A DNA stretch of 63,923 nt from Eledone cirrhosa (GCA_964016885.1 OZ024744.1:31930001-31993923), one strand, 5' to 3'. Shown: positions 25,774-38,227, counted from the stretch's first letter. The notes: a model not told the origin generated them from the letters alone. Made by a program: numbers and translations.

Positions 25774-26091
25774 CTTTCTGTTTTCAAATCCAGAAGAATG
25801 AATAGCAAATCCGACCTCAGGGAGATTCGAAATCAGAACGTTAATAGAAAGTAAATAAACAACACAATGTATATTTTTTATTGTATTTATTTTATTTTAT
25901 TTCTTTATTCATTTATTTACGCTCTACTGATTCTCTGACTCTATCGCTATTGTTTGACAAAAATATCGATAGTTTTGTAATTCTCTTCCTCGTCTATATT
26001 TATCTTGTAAAACTCCAGATGTTCAAGATGAAGAGAAACAACAATGACACATTTGAGGGGCGGTGATGGGGAAGTTTTTCACAAATAATGC

Positions 26092-26211
26092 CTTCTTCTT
26101 CTTCTTCTTCTTCTTCTTCTTCTTCTTCTTCTTCTTCTTCTTCTTCTTCTTCTTCTTCTTCTTCTTCTTCTTCTTCTTCTTCTTCTTCTTCTTCTTCTTC
26201 TTCTTCTTCTT
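26092..26211. repeat. (TTC)n microsatellite, ~40 units
   Basis: Direct reading. Confidence 0.97.
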
Positions 26212-26494
26212 TAGTTCCATAGAACATTATATAACGAGAAACCTCCATTCCACACCAGTTCCAAGCCCTGTCACGGGTCAGCTCCCAAACCAAGTGTCTG
26301 TTCGTCGTTTCTATAGCAAGTTTGATTAACGGAGAATGTTGCTAGATGCTAGCCTCGAGTTCCATCCCTCAATACAGGCTGAAAACTAACCTAGTATTTC
26401 GAAATCAAATAACTACACTCTATTTTCAAAGGAACATTAAATGACGTTATGTCCAGTGTTGAGATAACGTGTTTTAAATCGTTTCACTCTACTT

Positions 26495-26781
26495 TAATGG
26501 TTCTTAACCTAGGGCCCCGGCACCAGAAAGGGGTGCGAGATTCCGTTCTTGGGGGTACAGAGAAGAAGCGAGTACAGAAGTCACATTAAGGATTAAAATA
26601 TTTTGATAAGATATTTTCTGTTATTTTCAAAAGTTTATATTTATTAATCATAGTAGTTAATTTATTAATCAATAGCAGCTAAGTAGCTGATAATTTGACC
26701 TGAAAATTCAAGTTGTTTTGTCTTATGTGCTTAGGGATAAATCTTAAGGAGTGCCGCGATAGAAAAGGTTAAGAACAACTG
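26495..26781. mobile_element. hAT (Charlie-like) MITE
   Basis: TIRs taatggttcttaacct / aggttaagaacaactg; exact 8-bp TSD CTCTACTT at 26487-26494 and 26782-26789. Confidence 0.9.
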
Positions 26782-27722
26782 CTCTACTTGATAGCAATTA
26801 TGAAATGTGATTTGGTGAGGCGCTTGTATTTGTAAAACACTTTATCAATACAATATATTGAACCATCTTGATAGCAACCCTTCCAAAGTTACCTTTGGTT
26901 TAATCAAATAAAACCACACATATTAAAATGTTCCTTACAATCTTCCAGCATAATTTGATATAAGAATCTTTTATTAAGTTATTTTACAAATACTATTTTA
27001 ATATCCAATCTAATTCAATCCAGGGCCTTCTCACTCGATCTCAACCGCTTTCTGTTTGGTTTTGGTTATGTAAGGGGTGTAGCCGTACTCACCACGCTTG
27101 GACAATTGCGGGTTGGTGAGGTTATTTAATTGGGGTAGGTGTCCTTTGATTCTGCTGAGTTCATCCATTCTTTTTCACCGCTCTTTTTTTGTGTGTGTGC
27201 TGTTAGGTTTTTACTTACCCTCCACACCAGACTGATGAGGGAGCCGGTTTAGCTGCCGACCATTCGACCATGAAGCAAGTTGTACAGGGTTACATGGTAC
27301 CAGCAGCAGCCAGAAGCCTGACTTGACCATACTAGTAATAATTGTTTCTACTTTAGGCACAAGGCCAGCAATTACCCAGTACATTACTGGTACTTTATTT
27401 GACTTGACCATACTAGTAATAATGAAATAATAAATAAACCGGCCAAATCTTTGATTAATTAATTAAAACAATGTACAGGGTGGTCCTAAAGTCTTGAAAC
27501 CCCCTACCAAAAAGTAATGAGAAACAGTTTATGTTCCCTTCGCAGTATCGTTCTCTTCGGAGGATCTGGTTTGCCAAATCTTGCAGTGAAGCCATGTCGC
27601 ACATCCTCCATGCTCTTGCCAAAATACACACGATCATGTGTCCATACACTTACAAGCAGCCTCTCTTTCAAACTGTAGGAGCTCTGAAATAGAATATTAT
27701 ATTATTATTATTATTATATAAG

Positions 27723-27920
27723 GGCGGTGGATTGGCAGTATCGGTAGAGGGTCGGACGTCATGCTTTCCAGCATAGTTACGTCCCTTTACGATCTGAGTT
27801 CAAATCCCGCCGAGGTTGACTTTGCCTTTCATCCTTACGGGGTCGATAAAATAAAGTACCAGTAATGCACTGGGTAATTGCTGGCCTTGTGCCTAAAGTA
27901 GAAACAATTATTATTATTAT
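27723..27920 (+). mobile_element. tRNA-derived SINE
   Basis: A-box-like tggcagtatcgg, B box gagttcaaatccc, core cctttcatccttacggggtcgataaaataaagtaccag, (ATT)n tail; copies at 1901, 45683, partial at 27336. Confidence 0.85.
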
Positions 27921-28215
27921 ATATTATAATTAATGATATTATATATTATATTATTAAAACAAAAAATAATGAAAGTTAAAACAATATGTGACAAGGGGTG
28001 ACAAGACCTGTCACTGATTGAAACTAATTTGGGGGTGGATGTGAGAGGAAGTTCGATATTAAATCGTCTTCAGTAATAGACTGGTGCTTTATTTTATCAA
28101 TCTTAGATGGATTTTAATTCAGAAACTAAATAATCGATGGTGCATCGAGGAGAAAGCGTCACTTGCAAAGGCATATAAGGTGTTAGCTTATTCTTGTCTT
28201 AGTACCGAGTAAGTA

Positions 28216-28262
28216 AATGTCACTGATGACGGATATAACTCCAGAAACACGCGTCCAACATT
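28216..28262 (+). ncRNA. Type I hammerhead ribozyme (stem I mismatched next to the core)
   Basis: aatgt ca CTGATGA c gga tataac tcc a GAAA cacgcg TC ca acatt. Confidence 0.65.
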
Positions 28263-28319
28263 CGCACCGGCTACTGAGATACAAGTGATATGATCATAGC
28301 TTAAAACATTCATAGCAAG

Positions 28320-28492
28320 GTAAGGTACTCAATGTATTTGTAGCGTGTAAACAAGTTTAATATAGAAATGGCTTCTACACGACTAGAACTGTTTCATTCG
28401 AAAGAAATCATCAGGAAAGCCTGGAAAGCCTGATGATTTCTTTCGAATGAAACAGTTTTAGTTCTGTAGAAGCCATTTCTATATTAAACTTG
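28320..28492. mobile_element. Inverted pLTR pair with back-to-back HHRs (28370-28421 minus; 28430-28474 plus)
   Basis: CTGATGA t ttc tttc gaa t GAAA cag..ctg TA gaagcc on both strands; arms 28352-28415 and 28429-28492. Confidence 0.8.
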
Positions 28493-28677
28493 ATATATGT
28501 ATTTGTATTTTCGTTGCTAGGCTCGCCTGCCGCAGTTTTCAATTTGTCAAGCTATCTAACGTTTGTTATTACTCTAAGGGGACACAGCCTTATTGAGTGC
28601 TTTGCTGCACATTCCTAGTTGTATATCGTTCGTTAGCTTGGCCACAGCCAAAACTTCGATTTCACTAAACTTCCATT

Positions 28678-28709
<32 letters not shown>

Positions 28710-28721
<12 letters not shown>

Positions 28722-29320
28722 AACACTTACACTATTTTCGCACACACGCAACCATACATCCACCACACAAACACACATGTCGTATCCTCACATACACATA
28801 TTCTGCCTCCGGACTCCGCACGCTCCCTCTCCTCCACCCTATGCCCCCTCTCCATCCACCCCCCACACACACACTGACTTACACCCCACTCCATGTACAC
28901 ACTGGTTTCCCTATTACCCGAACATGGAACCTCGTTCTTCCTCCAACTCTCACATTAACATCCACACACACACATACACACACACCACCTTCACCCTCCC
29001 CGCTCAGACCCCCTGTCTCCATCTCCCCCCTCCATCCACCCACCACCAACCCACATGCCTCACACCCTTTCACCACTTGTTTCATTTACATTTTTTTACC
29101 CTCTTTTTAATTTCTTTTCCTTCCTTTCTCCCCGCCCCCCTTTTAATGTCTTTCCACCACTCCTCCTCACACCCTCGGAACTCTTTTCCTGCCCACTTTT
29201 CTCCCGATGAAGGGCTTATGCCCGAAACGTCACCCCCACCCTCCCACCCACTCTCCAGCGTGAACCTAATACTTTGTACTGCACTCTTCGTTATTGTTTT
29301 TGTTTTCTGTTTTAACTATA
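28710..29320 (+). mobile_element. Family C PLE 3' fragment with U4C HHR (29200-29235)
   Basis: Similar to 37530-38140; CCGATGA a gggc ttat gccc GAAA cg TC. Confidence 0.7.
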
Positions 29321-29920
29321 TATATATGTAAATTTTCTCCTAGATTTAATAATTAACTAATTAATTTAATTAGAGAATTTTGTTGATTGGTTAATTATTT
29401 GTGTTTGTTTAATAACATCTGTTGAGAGCTTTATTCTGAATGTTATTTCCTTTGTCTAACACTTTGAATCTACCCGCCAAAATCCGGGGGTTATTTCCCT
29501 TGTTGGAAATAACACGTGACAACTAAATGTTCCATTCGCTTGCTGTTAGCAGCACCATTTAGTGTTCGCCCCGTTCTTTGGTAGAACTAAATTCCTGTTG
29601 ATGAAATGAGTCCTCTGTTCGATCATGAATACCACGAGCTTGCCAGTTACGTAAGTCTGATATTTAATTTCGGATTCATAGAAACACTTTAAACGTATAA
29701 CGTTTGATTTGTCTAGGTGTATTTTTTCAACCTGTTAGTTTTTTCGTTACTTTGGTATTGTGTGTTAGATTTTGTCTGCCACAATTTCAATTTGTCAAGC
29801 TATTTAAACGTATGTTATTACTCTAAGGACCTATCCTTATCGAGTGCTTTGCTAGCTCATTCATATTGTAGGTCGAATTTGCTTGCCCACAGCCAAAGAT
29901 TCGATTTTACTAAGCCTCCA

Positions 29921-30048
<128 letters not shown>

Positions 30049-30069
30049 TTCATTAAAATAACAGATTAA

Positions 30070-30120
30070 AGTTTAAACAAAGAATCGCTGCTTTCACCCT
30101 TAACGGGATCTTCTGAAACT
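30070..30120 (-). ncRNA. Hammerhead ribozyme with CAGAAGA (U4A) core
   Basis: rc: agttt CAGAAGA t ccc gttaa ggg t GAAA gcag..ttgt TT aaact. Confidence 0.65.
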
Positions 30121-31052
30121 AACAAAGTCAATCTGTAAACGCAGAACTGGATATTTCAAAAAACGTTGCAACCGGAGGAAGGGAGGAAGACGATACTTTG
30201 GTTCGTGGTAACGTTCGCTGGCAAAGAACGGGAAAAAACGAATAATACGTCATTAATAGGAGCGGTGAAAAACAATTACGCGCAAAGACAAAACCACGTA
30301 TAAACCATGGTATAAAAGAGTTCGTAGACTAATGTTCTCTTAGGTGGTGCATATAGATGTTCTCCGGCAATAAACGAAAAAACGAAGATAATAAGTCATA
30401 TGTGGAGCGTGGAGAACAAAAGCACGCAAAGACAAAACCACGTAAATGGTATAGCAGAAGTCGTAGACTAAAATTCTAACTAGATACAAAATGAATCTCC
30501 GCTACAGAGTTAAGAACAAAGTAATTAAATACGATACAGAAGTAATAGAAACAAATAAATACATACACGCAAACAGATACGTACATACACAAGCATACGC
30601 AAAACCTTACCATAGGTATACAAAACCACGCACATATAAATATGTGTGTGTGTGTATGCTTGTGTACAAATAAATAAATAATTATATAAACGTATATAAG
30701 TAAATAAATACGTATATAACAAGCGCACACACACACCTACATATAAATACACGAATGTTCGGAGACGTAAGTCAACTAAAACAAGAAGTACACATATACA
30801 CACACCCACCATACGTACGAACCTGCATACTCACTCGGACGCAAAACTCCCGTATACACATAGCCAAACCCTAAATACCAGAATATGTAAAAATGATACG
30901 CCATAACAGTCAAATATACGTACGAGAAGGTATACATACCTTCACAAAACATATGGGTAATATATACTTACCTATGCAAATAAGTAAAGGAATAAACAAA
31001 ACATATACTTAGCTCCCACACCAAGACGTAAAATATCCACGTATAGATCGTG

Positions 31053-32045
31053 CTATCCGTTAGGGTATAACGTGGGGCTGTAATACAGGAAAGTTTTGTG
31101 CAATTCATGTTTACAAGCCGAAATTGCCTCAGATTTTTTGTTTAAGATGTGGTCTGTGGCGTAGAGTATTTCCAGGGCCTCAGCGGCGCAGAGGTCACAT
31201 GGTCTTTTATTTCCGTTATACGATCTAGCCCTAGCTAGGATCTCCCAGTGTAACTTATATTGGGTGTGGTTGTCTTTTAGACTCCAGATATAAGCTGAAA
31301 GTGACGTCATATTCCTTCTTAGAGGGTAACGAAAAGAATGGGTATGCATGTAAAGACGCTGCTTGAAACTATTGGTGGTTAACCCTATGTAGGCCCTACG
31401 GGACGTGGGTGTTACAACCTTACATTTGTAGACAATGTTACTAGAGAGGCATTTCCCGGATAGGGGGCAATCAGCCCGATTCCTACAATTACAGTTAGTA
31501 CTAACTACAGGGTTGCATGTGTTCCTACGGCTAGGTAGTTTAGCTAAATTTGAAGCTGTGATGTTATGTGCAAGGTTAGGAGTCGTAGAGTAAGACATTT
31601 TAATAGTATTTCTATTAAAAATTTTACTATATTTATGTGTAGGGGGAAAATGCTTCGTAATAAGGGAAAGAAAGATCTTAGCTAATGGTGTGGCCACCTC
31701 CATATTATATGGTGGGTTAAACCAACAAATGCGACGGGATCCATTTCTTCTAGGTCTATTTTCATACTCTGTATATGCTACCTTATCGACAAATCCACTT
31801 CGAGCAAGAGCTTCATTGTAATAAGTGGAATGGTCGTTGAAAATGCGCTCGTTGGTGGAAAGACGGGAAAGTCTCAACGAAACGTTTCTTACCAGGTTCT
31901 TGGTTATGCTGGCAGGATGGTTGGAATGCTTACTTATGTAATTAAGCGTATCATTCGGCTTTCTATATGGGTAATACAACCCATTCAATAAATTGAGGGT
32001 AACGTCGAGGTAATTAACGACCGAGAGATTGGCCTCAACCTGCAT
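31053..32045 (-). CDS. PLE RT thumb, linker and GIY-YIG endonuclease (5' truncated)
   Basis: VNYLDVTL, YRKPN..YI..SNHP, WFNPPY, CNCRNRADCPL, IVY..YIGLT..FKQR..H, CDLCAAE, CKH. Confidence 0.9.
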   Translation of the reverse strand: MQVEANLSVVNYLDVTLNLLNGLYYPYRKPNDTLNYISKHSNHPASITKNLVRNVSLRLSRLSTNERIFNDHSTYYNEALARSGFVDKVAYTEYENRPRRNGSRRICWFNPPYNMEVATPLAKIFLSLITKHFPPTHKYSKIFNRNTIKMSYSTTPNLAHNITASNLAKLPSRRNTCNPVVSTNCNCRNRADCPLSGKCLSSNIVYKCKVVTPTSRRAYIGLTTNSFKQRLYMHTHSFRYPLRRNMTSLSAYIWSLKDNHTQYKLHWEILARARSYNGNKRPCDLCAAEALEILYATDHILNKKSEAISACKHELHKTFLYYSPTLYPNG

Positions 32046-32100
32046 AGAGAGGTTGAAGCCTTTAAAGAAGGCTGTGAGTTCTTTTCTGAACCTGTCGCAA

Positions 32101-32887
32101 GATAAACAATGGACTATGCCACGTGGCTTGAACCTGTAAGTGAATTGAAGGTTCTGTAACTCTGATACACAGATTATTTATTATTAAGATGTATAAACTT
32201 GACATAACTATTATCATCTTATATTCTCTCAACTAATCACATTTGATCATATTTCTCTATCCCGTTTTCTCCCCCCATAATTATAATATTTTTTATTTTT
32301 ATTTGAAAAAATCGGTTTTTTTACATTATATTCTCTATATATTTTTTTACATATATATTTTTTATCTTTATTATTTCCACTTTTATCCTCCTTTATATAT
32401 TTCCTTACTCTTACTTTTATACCTTATTATAGTGTAATCTTCCCCATGCCTTACTATACACTATTAATTATAGATTATTATTATTACTCTTCTTCCATTT
32501 CTAATTACCTCATGTACTTTCTCCTCCGTTATATATATATATATTGTATGCCCTTCGTGTTTGTGTAGCCTCTGCACACCCTCTGCACCATACTATCGAC
32601 GCCACCCCATCTATGGTTCAGCTAACCACTCGACTCCCGGGAATGAATATGACCGCAGCTAGTAAACAAGGACCCACACCCCACCCTCCCGCACCAAAAT
32701 TAGACTTATCGTCCCCTACTTTTGTTCTTTACTCTCTTTACTCTTTGTTCTTGAATGTTTGGTTGGTAGAGTCCATAACACCAATCAAACCCCTTTTATA
32801 GCTCTGACGAATCCTACGGTTACGTAAGGAAGAAACATTGTAAGCCAATAAAAATCTTTTGATGTTGTAGACGCTCTTGTGTTCTTT

Positions 32888-32890
<3 letters not shown>
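32101..32890 (+). mobile_element. 3' end of a different PLE with pLTR HHR at 32801-32845
   Basis: actatgccacgtggcttgaacctgtaa = TMPRGLNL*; gct CTGACGA a tcc tacg gtta cgta a gga a GAAA cattg TA agc; AATAAA follows. Confidence 0.7.
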
Positions 32891-32919
<29 letters not shown>

Positions 32920-33218
32920 CGATATTTCTGTTGGAAGCTCCCGGATAGTCCGGGAGCTTCCAACAGAAATGGTCGCATTCTTTAAGGGTATGTCAATATT
33001 TATTTATAAAACTGAACTATATTATATTTGATCTGATGAAAGCACGCCATAATTTAACTTGGTGTCCTTGAAATATGTATAATGAAATAAATATGGTTTT
33101 ATAAATATAGTTTCCATTTGTTAATATATCGTATTTTTACTCCAATAATTTGTTGAGTGCTTTATATCAGTTATAAAAATATTTGCTTGTTGTATCCCAA
33201 CAATTTAAATAGAACTTC

Positions 33219-33220
<2 letters not shown>
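32920..33220 (+). mobile_element. Family E pLTR with HHR (33025-33089) and 5' fold-back hairpin
   Basis: 22-bp perfect stem at 32924-32970; CTGATGA..GAAA tatgta TA atgaaata. Confidence 0.8.
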
Positions 33221-33298
<78 letters not shown>

Positions 33299-33617
33299 AC
33301 ACATGTATGTATATATATGTATAACAAAGGAATTGTGGTAAGGAACCAGATGGACCATAACGCACCAGAGTACTCAATAATTAGGGTAGTAGAGTGGGAA
33401 ATAGGAAAAAGTATGACCCCGATGGCAGAGCTCAAGCCGTTCCGACGGCTCTTTCTGGACTAAATTAGAATTTTTAGCCTGGTGAATAAATAGCCGAACT
33501 TTTCAAGGGGGACTTCCTTATATGGGAAGATTGTAGTTGTCAAGAGGATTGCACTTTCCGACTCTAACACGCCATATCCCGACTTTTCCACCCAGCTCAA
33601 GTTTCTTCACCCGCACG

Positions 33618-35725
33618 ATGCGAAAACACAACATCGACTTCTCCACCAAGAACATCCCAGTTCCACCGAGAAAACTTTACCTTCGGATGCTCACGCAAAA
33701 AATCGACCTTTTTGCGAAAAGACGAAGATGGAGAACTTTTTTCTGCGATAGAGGCCGCGACAATCAGGACTTCGACACCAAGGGGAGATTCGGATTCAAT
33801 ACCTACAAATCTCTCCCTCCAAACCCTATGCTCTCACCCTTCGAGAACGACCTATTCCACCTGGTCAAGAGCATTAAATTCAAACCCAGACAACAGATTC
33901 CTACAACAACTCCGTAGCAAAATAACAGAGTATGAAAACACCAACGACATCATGGTGCACTCGGACAAAACAGGAAATCTCTACTTCATCAACCCTGACA
34001 GATACCACACACTGATCAGGAGCAGCCTAAACTCCACCTATAAAAAGTCTAACCATTCAATTATCGAGGAAATAAATCGAGATGGACAACAAATTACTTC
34101 CAGCCTCGGGGTCGCCGACCGCACTGAACTCCTAGACCCACGGACTACCTACTTCACACTGAAGGACCACAAATCCGACTTCGACCGCAAACCATCCATT
34201 AGGCTTATAAACCCAACGAAGTCGGACATAGGGAGAATCAGTAAAAAGATCCTAGACCGAGTTATATCAAAAGTTAAGCAAAACGTGAGACTTAGCCTAT
34301 GGGTCAGCACCCAGGAAGTAATCTCATGATTTAGGAATATGAAGGACAAACGAGACACAACATTCATCCAGTTTGACATAGAGAGTTACTATGCATCTAT
34401 TACCTTACCGCTCCTTACGGCCGCCTTGGTCTTTGCCGAAACACTCACACCCATCACTGAGCAGGAAAGAAATATCATTCTACACGCCAGGAAGACAGTC
34501 CTACTTTTCGACAACTCTAAGTGGATAAAGAGAGCTCCCGACTCCCCCTTCGACGTCAGTATGGGCGCGACGGATTCGGCCAAGGTCACAGATCTTATAG
34601 GATTATTCCTACTATTTAAACTCACCGAAATATTTCCTACATTCGGCGGTGGATTGTACCGGGATGATGGGCTCCACACCCTCAAAGGGTACAACCCCAG
34701 TAGTACAGACCGGGTCCGTAAACAACTAATCAACTTCTTCCGGGACTAGGGATTTAAAATCAGCCTACAAACGTCCCTAACACGAGTCAATTTCCTGGAC
34801 GTTACCGTTAACCTCGAAACTGATCTGTACTACACATACAGGAAACCAAACGACAACCTGCACTACATCCACCGCCGCTCTAGCCATCCTAGAAACATCA
34901 CCAATAACCTGGTTAAAAACAACTCCCTCCGCATATCTCGTTTGTCCGCTAATGAGCAGATATTCGACGAACACGCGCCTCATTACAACCAGGCCCTCAA
35001 GCGGAGTGGCTTCCGGGAGGAAATATCCTTTTATCCAGCTTCCCTTAGTGATACCGCCGCTCACGCAACGCAGCGTGGTTCAATCCTCCCCATAATGCCG
35101 AGGTGGCAACACCTATCGGGAAAATCTTCTTTAGAGACCTCGAAAAACACTTCCCACTACAACACCGTTACCACAACATAATCAACAAAAACACCATCAA
35201 CCTCGCCTATAGCACCACACCTATCTTCGCACAAAACATCGTCTCCTCAAACAACAAAAAACTCAACCCCTATGGAAGAAATAACCTAGACATCAGTGGA
35301 GAGCCGACCAGGAGGTGTAACTCCCCTGATAGATCTACGTGCCCCCTCAACAACAAATGCCGAGAACGTAACGTGATCTACCAGTGCAACGTGAGGACGG
35401 ACACCCCCAACAAAGCTTATATAGGAATAACCGCGTGTGACTTCAAGACCCGGCTTTACCAACACCGACATACTTTCTGAAACCCGCCCCGGCGACATGC
35501 CACTACACTTTCGGGCCACATCTGGGACCTCCAAGATAATAATATAACCTACAATCTCATATGGAGCTTACTCTCCAGAGTTAACTCTTAACAGGAGGAC
35601 GCCGTCCGTTTAACTTATGCTCGGAGGAAACATTACAAATGCTGTTTTCGAAGGACCAACTCCTAAACAAGAAATACGAACTGGTAACCGCATACAAACA
35701 CTTACCTCGCCCTCAAACCCCATAA
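33618..35725 (+). pseudogene. PLE reverse transcriptase and GIY-YIG endonuclease, with stops and frameshifts
   Basis: FSTKNIPVP, SDKTGN, LKDHK, RLINPTKSDIG, QFDIESYYASI, MGATDSAKV, GLYRDDGL, FLD, CN.PDRSTCPL, IYQC..YIG. Confidence 0.92.
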
Positions 35726-36432
35726 CGACCCGGGTGGGTAGACAAGGGCTGATGCCCCCTACTTGCCGAATAAGTTAGGAGAAACCCCAGCTTACTTAGG
35801 TAGATGTATCTCTTTTCCTTTCTTTTCCTCTTTGTCTTCTTCTTCCCCCTGTCTCATCCTATCACTTCCTTCCACCCCCTATTTTCTTCCTCGTCTGCTT
35901 TCCCCCTTCGCCTACCCCGATGCAGCCCATCGGGCCTCTATAGCATCAGTTCCCCCACCCCTGTAATTTTAAGATAGAATTGGCCGAATACGTTTTACTA
36001 ACTACTTATTGCAGACGTGTTAAACCCCTTTAATTCTGTATCAGTTCTGGTATAACTAAATTTCTAAAAGTTTTTTCTATTCTCAACTTATTAACCTGTA
36101 ATTGTAAGATAGCATTGGGATTTTTTTTATTCATTTCTCACTATCTAATTTTATATATTTTTTTATTTCTTTCTATTATCTTTTATTGTCTCCTACACTC
36201 ATTCGATTTAGCTATTCTATAACCTGCCTCCTCCACTTCATACACTATCCTTAGAATCTGCTGTATACATATCGCTTTCAACGCTTGACCGGCTCCACTC
36301 ACTCCCCTATTGTTCTACAGGCAAGTTCAGCCACCCCTACCTCCCACCAAATGCCACGATAGACTTATTTCTGTTTACAACAAATTTTAACCAATCCTCT
36401 TGACAACTACAATCTTCCCATACAAAGAAGTG

Positions 36433-36528
36433 CCCCCTTGAAAAGTTCGGCTATTTATTCACCAGGCTAAAAATTCTAATTTAGTCCAGAAATAGCCGTT
36501 GAAACTGCTTGAGCTCTGCCGTCGGGGT
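36433..36528 (+). ncRNA. Hammerhead ribozyme with U3:A8 core and extended stem II (inverted twin at 33417-33511)
   Basis: cccc TTGAAAA gtt cggctattt [33 nt] aaatagccg tt GAAA c(t/g)gc..gccg TC gggg. Confidence 0.65.
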
Positions 36529-36577
36529 CATACTTTTTCCTATATATATATATATCTTACATAGATATATATACATA

Positions 36578-36619
<42 letters not shown>

Positions 36620-36622
<3 letters not shown>

Positions 36623-38137
36623 CCACACTCCCCCCGGCCTGAACTCCCCACCCTTATTCCTTTAGCGTTCGACCGCCCCCCTCCCCCACACTTATCCCCC
36701 ACTAACACCACTAACACACCCCACCTTTTCACCGCCCACCCCACACTAACAATACTAACACCTCCACTCCACCCCTCATCTGACCACTCTTCCCCAACTA
36801 ACATACTAACATCCCTCCCCTCCCCTCTTCTCCTCCTCCCCTCCTTATCACACGCACACACGCACCCACTTACACCACCCACCCCACACGCAACTAACAT
36901 CACTAATACCCCCAACCCCACGCACACGTACCCACAGACCCTCGTACACCACCAACTCTACACACCCTACCACTGCTAACCCCCACTCACACCTGCATTC
37001 CACCCCTCCCCACCTCCCGTATACTAACACCCACTAACACCTCTTCACCAAACTACACACACACCAGTACACCACACTCCCTCCATAGAACCACACACAC
37101 CCTTCTCTCCCCGCTCCACCCACACCCCCGCTCCACACTCACTCATCCCACTAACACCCCTACTAATACACACACACACACACACACATACCCTCCTCAC
37201 TCCAACTCTCACACCTACCCATCCTCGCCTCCCTACCATTCCACCGACTGCTGCTATGCCCTTCTGACCACAGCACTCCCACTGCTGACCACTTCCTGTT
37301 GCGCGCGCACCCCACATCTCTCCTCTTCCGACCACCGCTTCACGGATTACCCACACGCAGAAATTGACTTATAACCTAATCTCCAAACATCCTTGGAACT
37401 TACCAACTTTTCAACCATCCTCTTACATCATCACCTATATAACTCACCCACACACACACCCCCCAAAAATTTTTTTTCTCCACACGCCACCCACAACCAC
37501 AACACGCTTAAACCCCCCACACACGTGCTTCCCACCACATATTTACACCCTCAGCTTCCTGATTCCTCTCCCCCAACCCCCTATCCACACACGCACAGAC
37601 ACTCCGACCCACATAAACACCCCCCACTCACACCTCTTCCTGAACATGCAACCCCGTTCTTCCCCAACCCTCACTTTCACATACACACACACACACACAC
37701 ACGCACACCTACACACACACACCACCTTCAGCCCTCCCCGCTCGGACACCCCGTCTCCCTCTCCCCACTCCACCCGCCACCACCCTACTCACCCCACACC
37801 CTTCCACCACCTGTTTACCCCTCTTTTAATTTCAGTTTATTTTGATCATGCCTTTATTTTTAAATTTTCTCACTCCTTGTATTTTGATCATGCTTTATTT
37901 TTTTTTTTTTTGTTTTTGTTTTTATTTGTTAATTTTTCATTCGCACCGTTTCCTTTCGCTATATGTCTCTCCACCACTCCCCTACACACCTTTTGAACTC
38001 TGTTCCCACACACTTCTCACCTGAGGAAGGGCTTATGCCCGAAACGTCGTCCCCCACCTACCCCCCACTCTCGTTAGCGTGAATTTAATAAACATTTATT
38101 GTACTGCCTCTCTGTTCTGTCCCTGTTCAAATTTTTC

Positions 38138-38140
<3 letters not shown>
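36620..38140 (+). mobile_element. Family C PLE 3' region with HHR at 38017-38052
   Basis: Reverse-complement homologue of 10185-11764; CTGAGGA a gggc ttat gccc GAAA cg TC. Confidence 0.8.
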
Positions 38141-38187
<47 letters not shown>

Positions 38188-38196
38188 CATACATAC

Positions 38197-38227
<31 letters not shown>

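Larger units (their letters stand above)
30050..32100 (-). mobile_element. 5'-truncated PLE (C-terminal GIY-YIG, Hydra-clade-like)
   Basis: ORF 31053-32045 plus ~1-kb 3' UTR/pLTR with HHR at 30070-30120; close paralogue at 45410-49290. Confidence 0.9.
33323..36543 (+). mobile_element. Near full-length PLE (Hydra-clade-like) with inverted 5' pLTR
   Basis: 33400-33551 is the reverse complement of 36393-36543; decayed RT-EN frame between; TA-rich flanks. Confidence 0.9.

Noticed and set aside
26000-26329. Poly-Glu/Lys/Phe protein exon
   Set aside because: A pure (TTC)n tract with no supporting coding context.
27232-27290. CTGATGA in a LINE-UTR-like repeat
   Set aside because: No stem II-GAAA, and the motif is absent from the homologue at 49460.
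27476-27677. Tc1/mariner-like end (TA-CAGGGTGGTCCTAAAGTC)
   Set aside because: Only one TIR is visible and I found no convincing transposase frame.
27723-27830. tRNA gene
   Set aside because: A and B boxes are present but there is no cloverleaf; it continues into a SINE body and has dispersed copies.
34326-35481. In-frame TGA codons as selenocysteine (as in Naiad PLEs)
   Set aside because: They align with Trp and Arg/Thr in the paralogues rather than Cys, they coexist with TAG stops and frameshifts, and the EN is C-terminal here.
35744-35815. Possible second HHR (CTGATGC..GAAA) after the PLE stop codon
   Set aside because: A9 is changed and stems I and III pair poorly; at best a relic.
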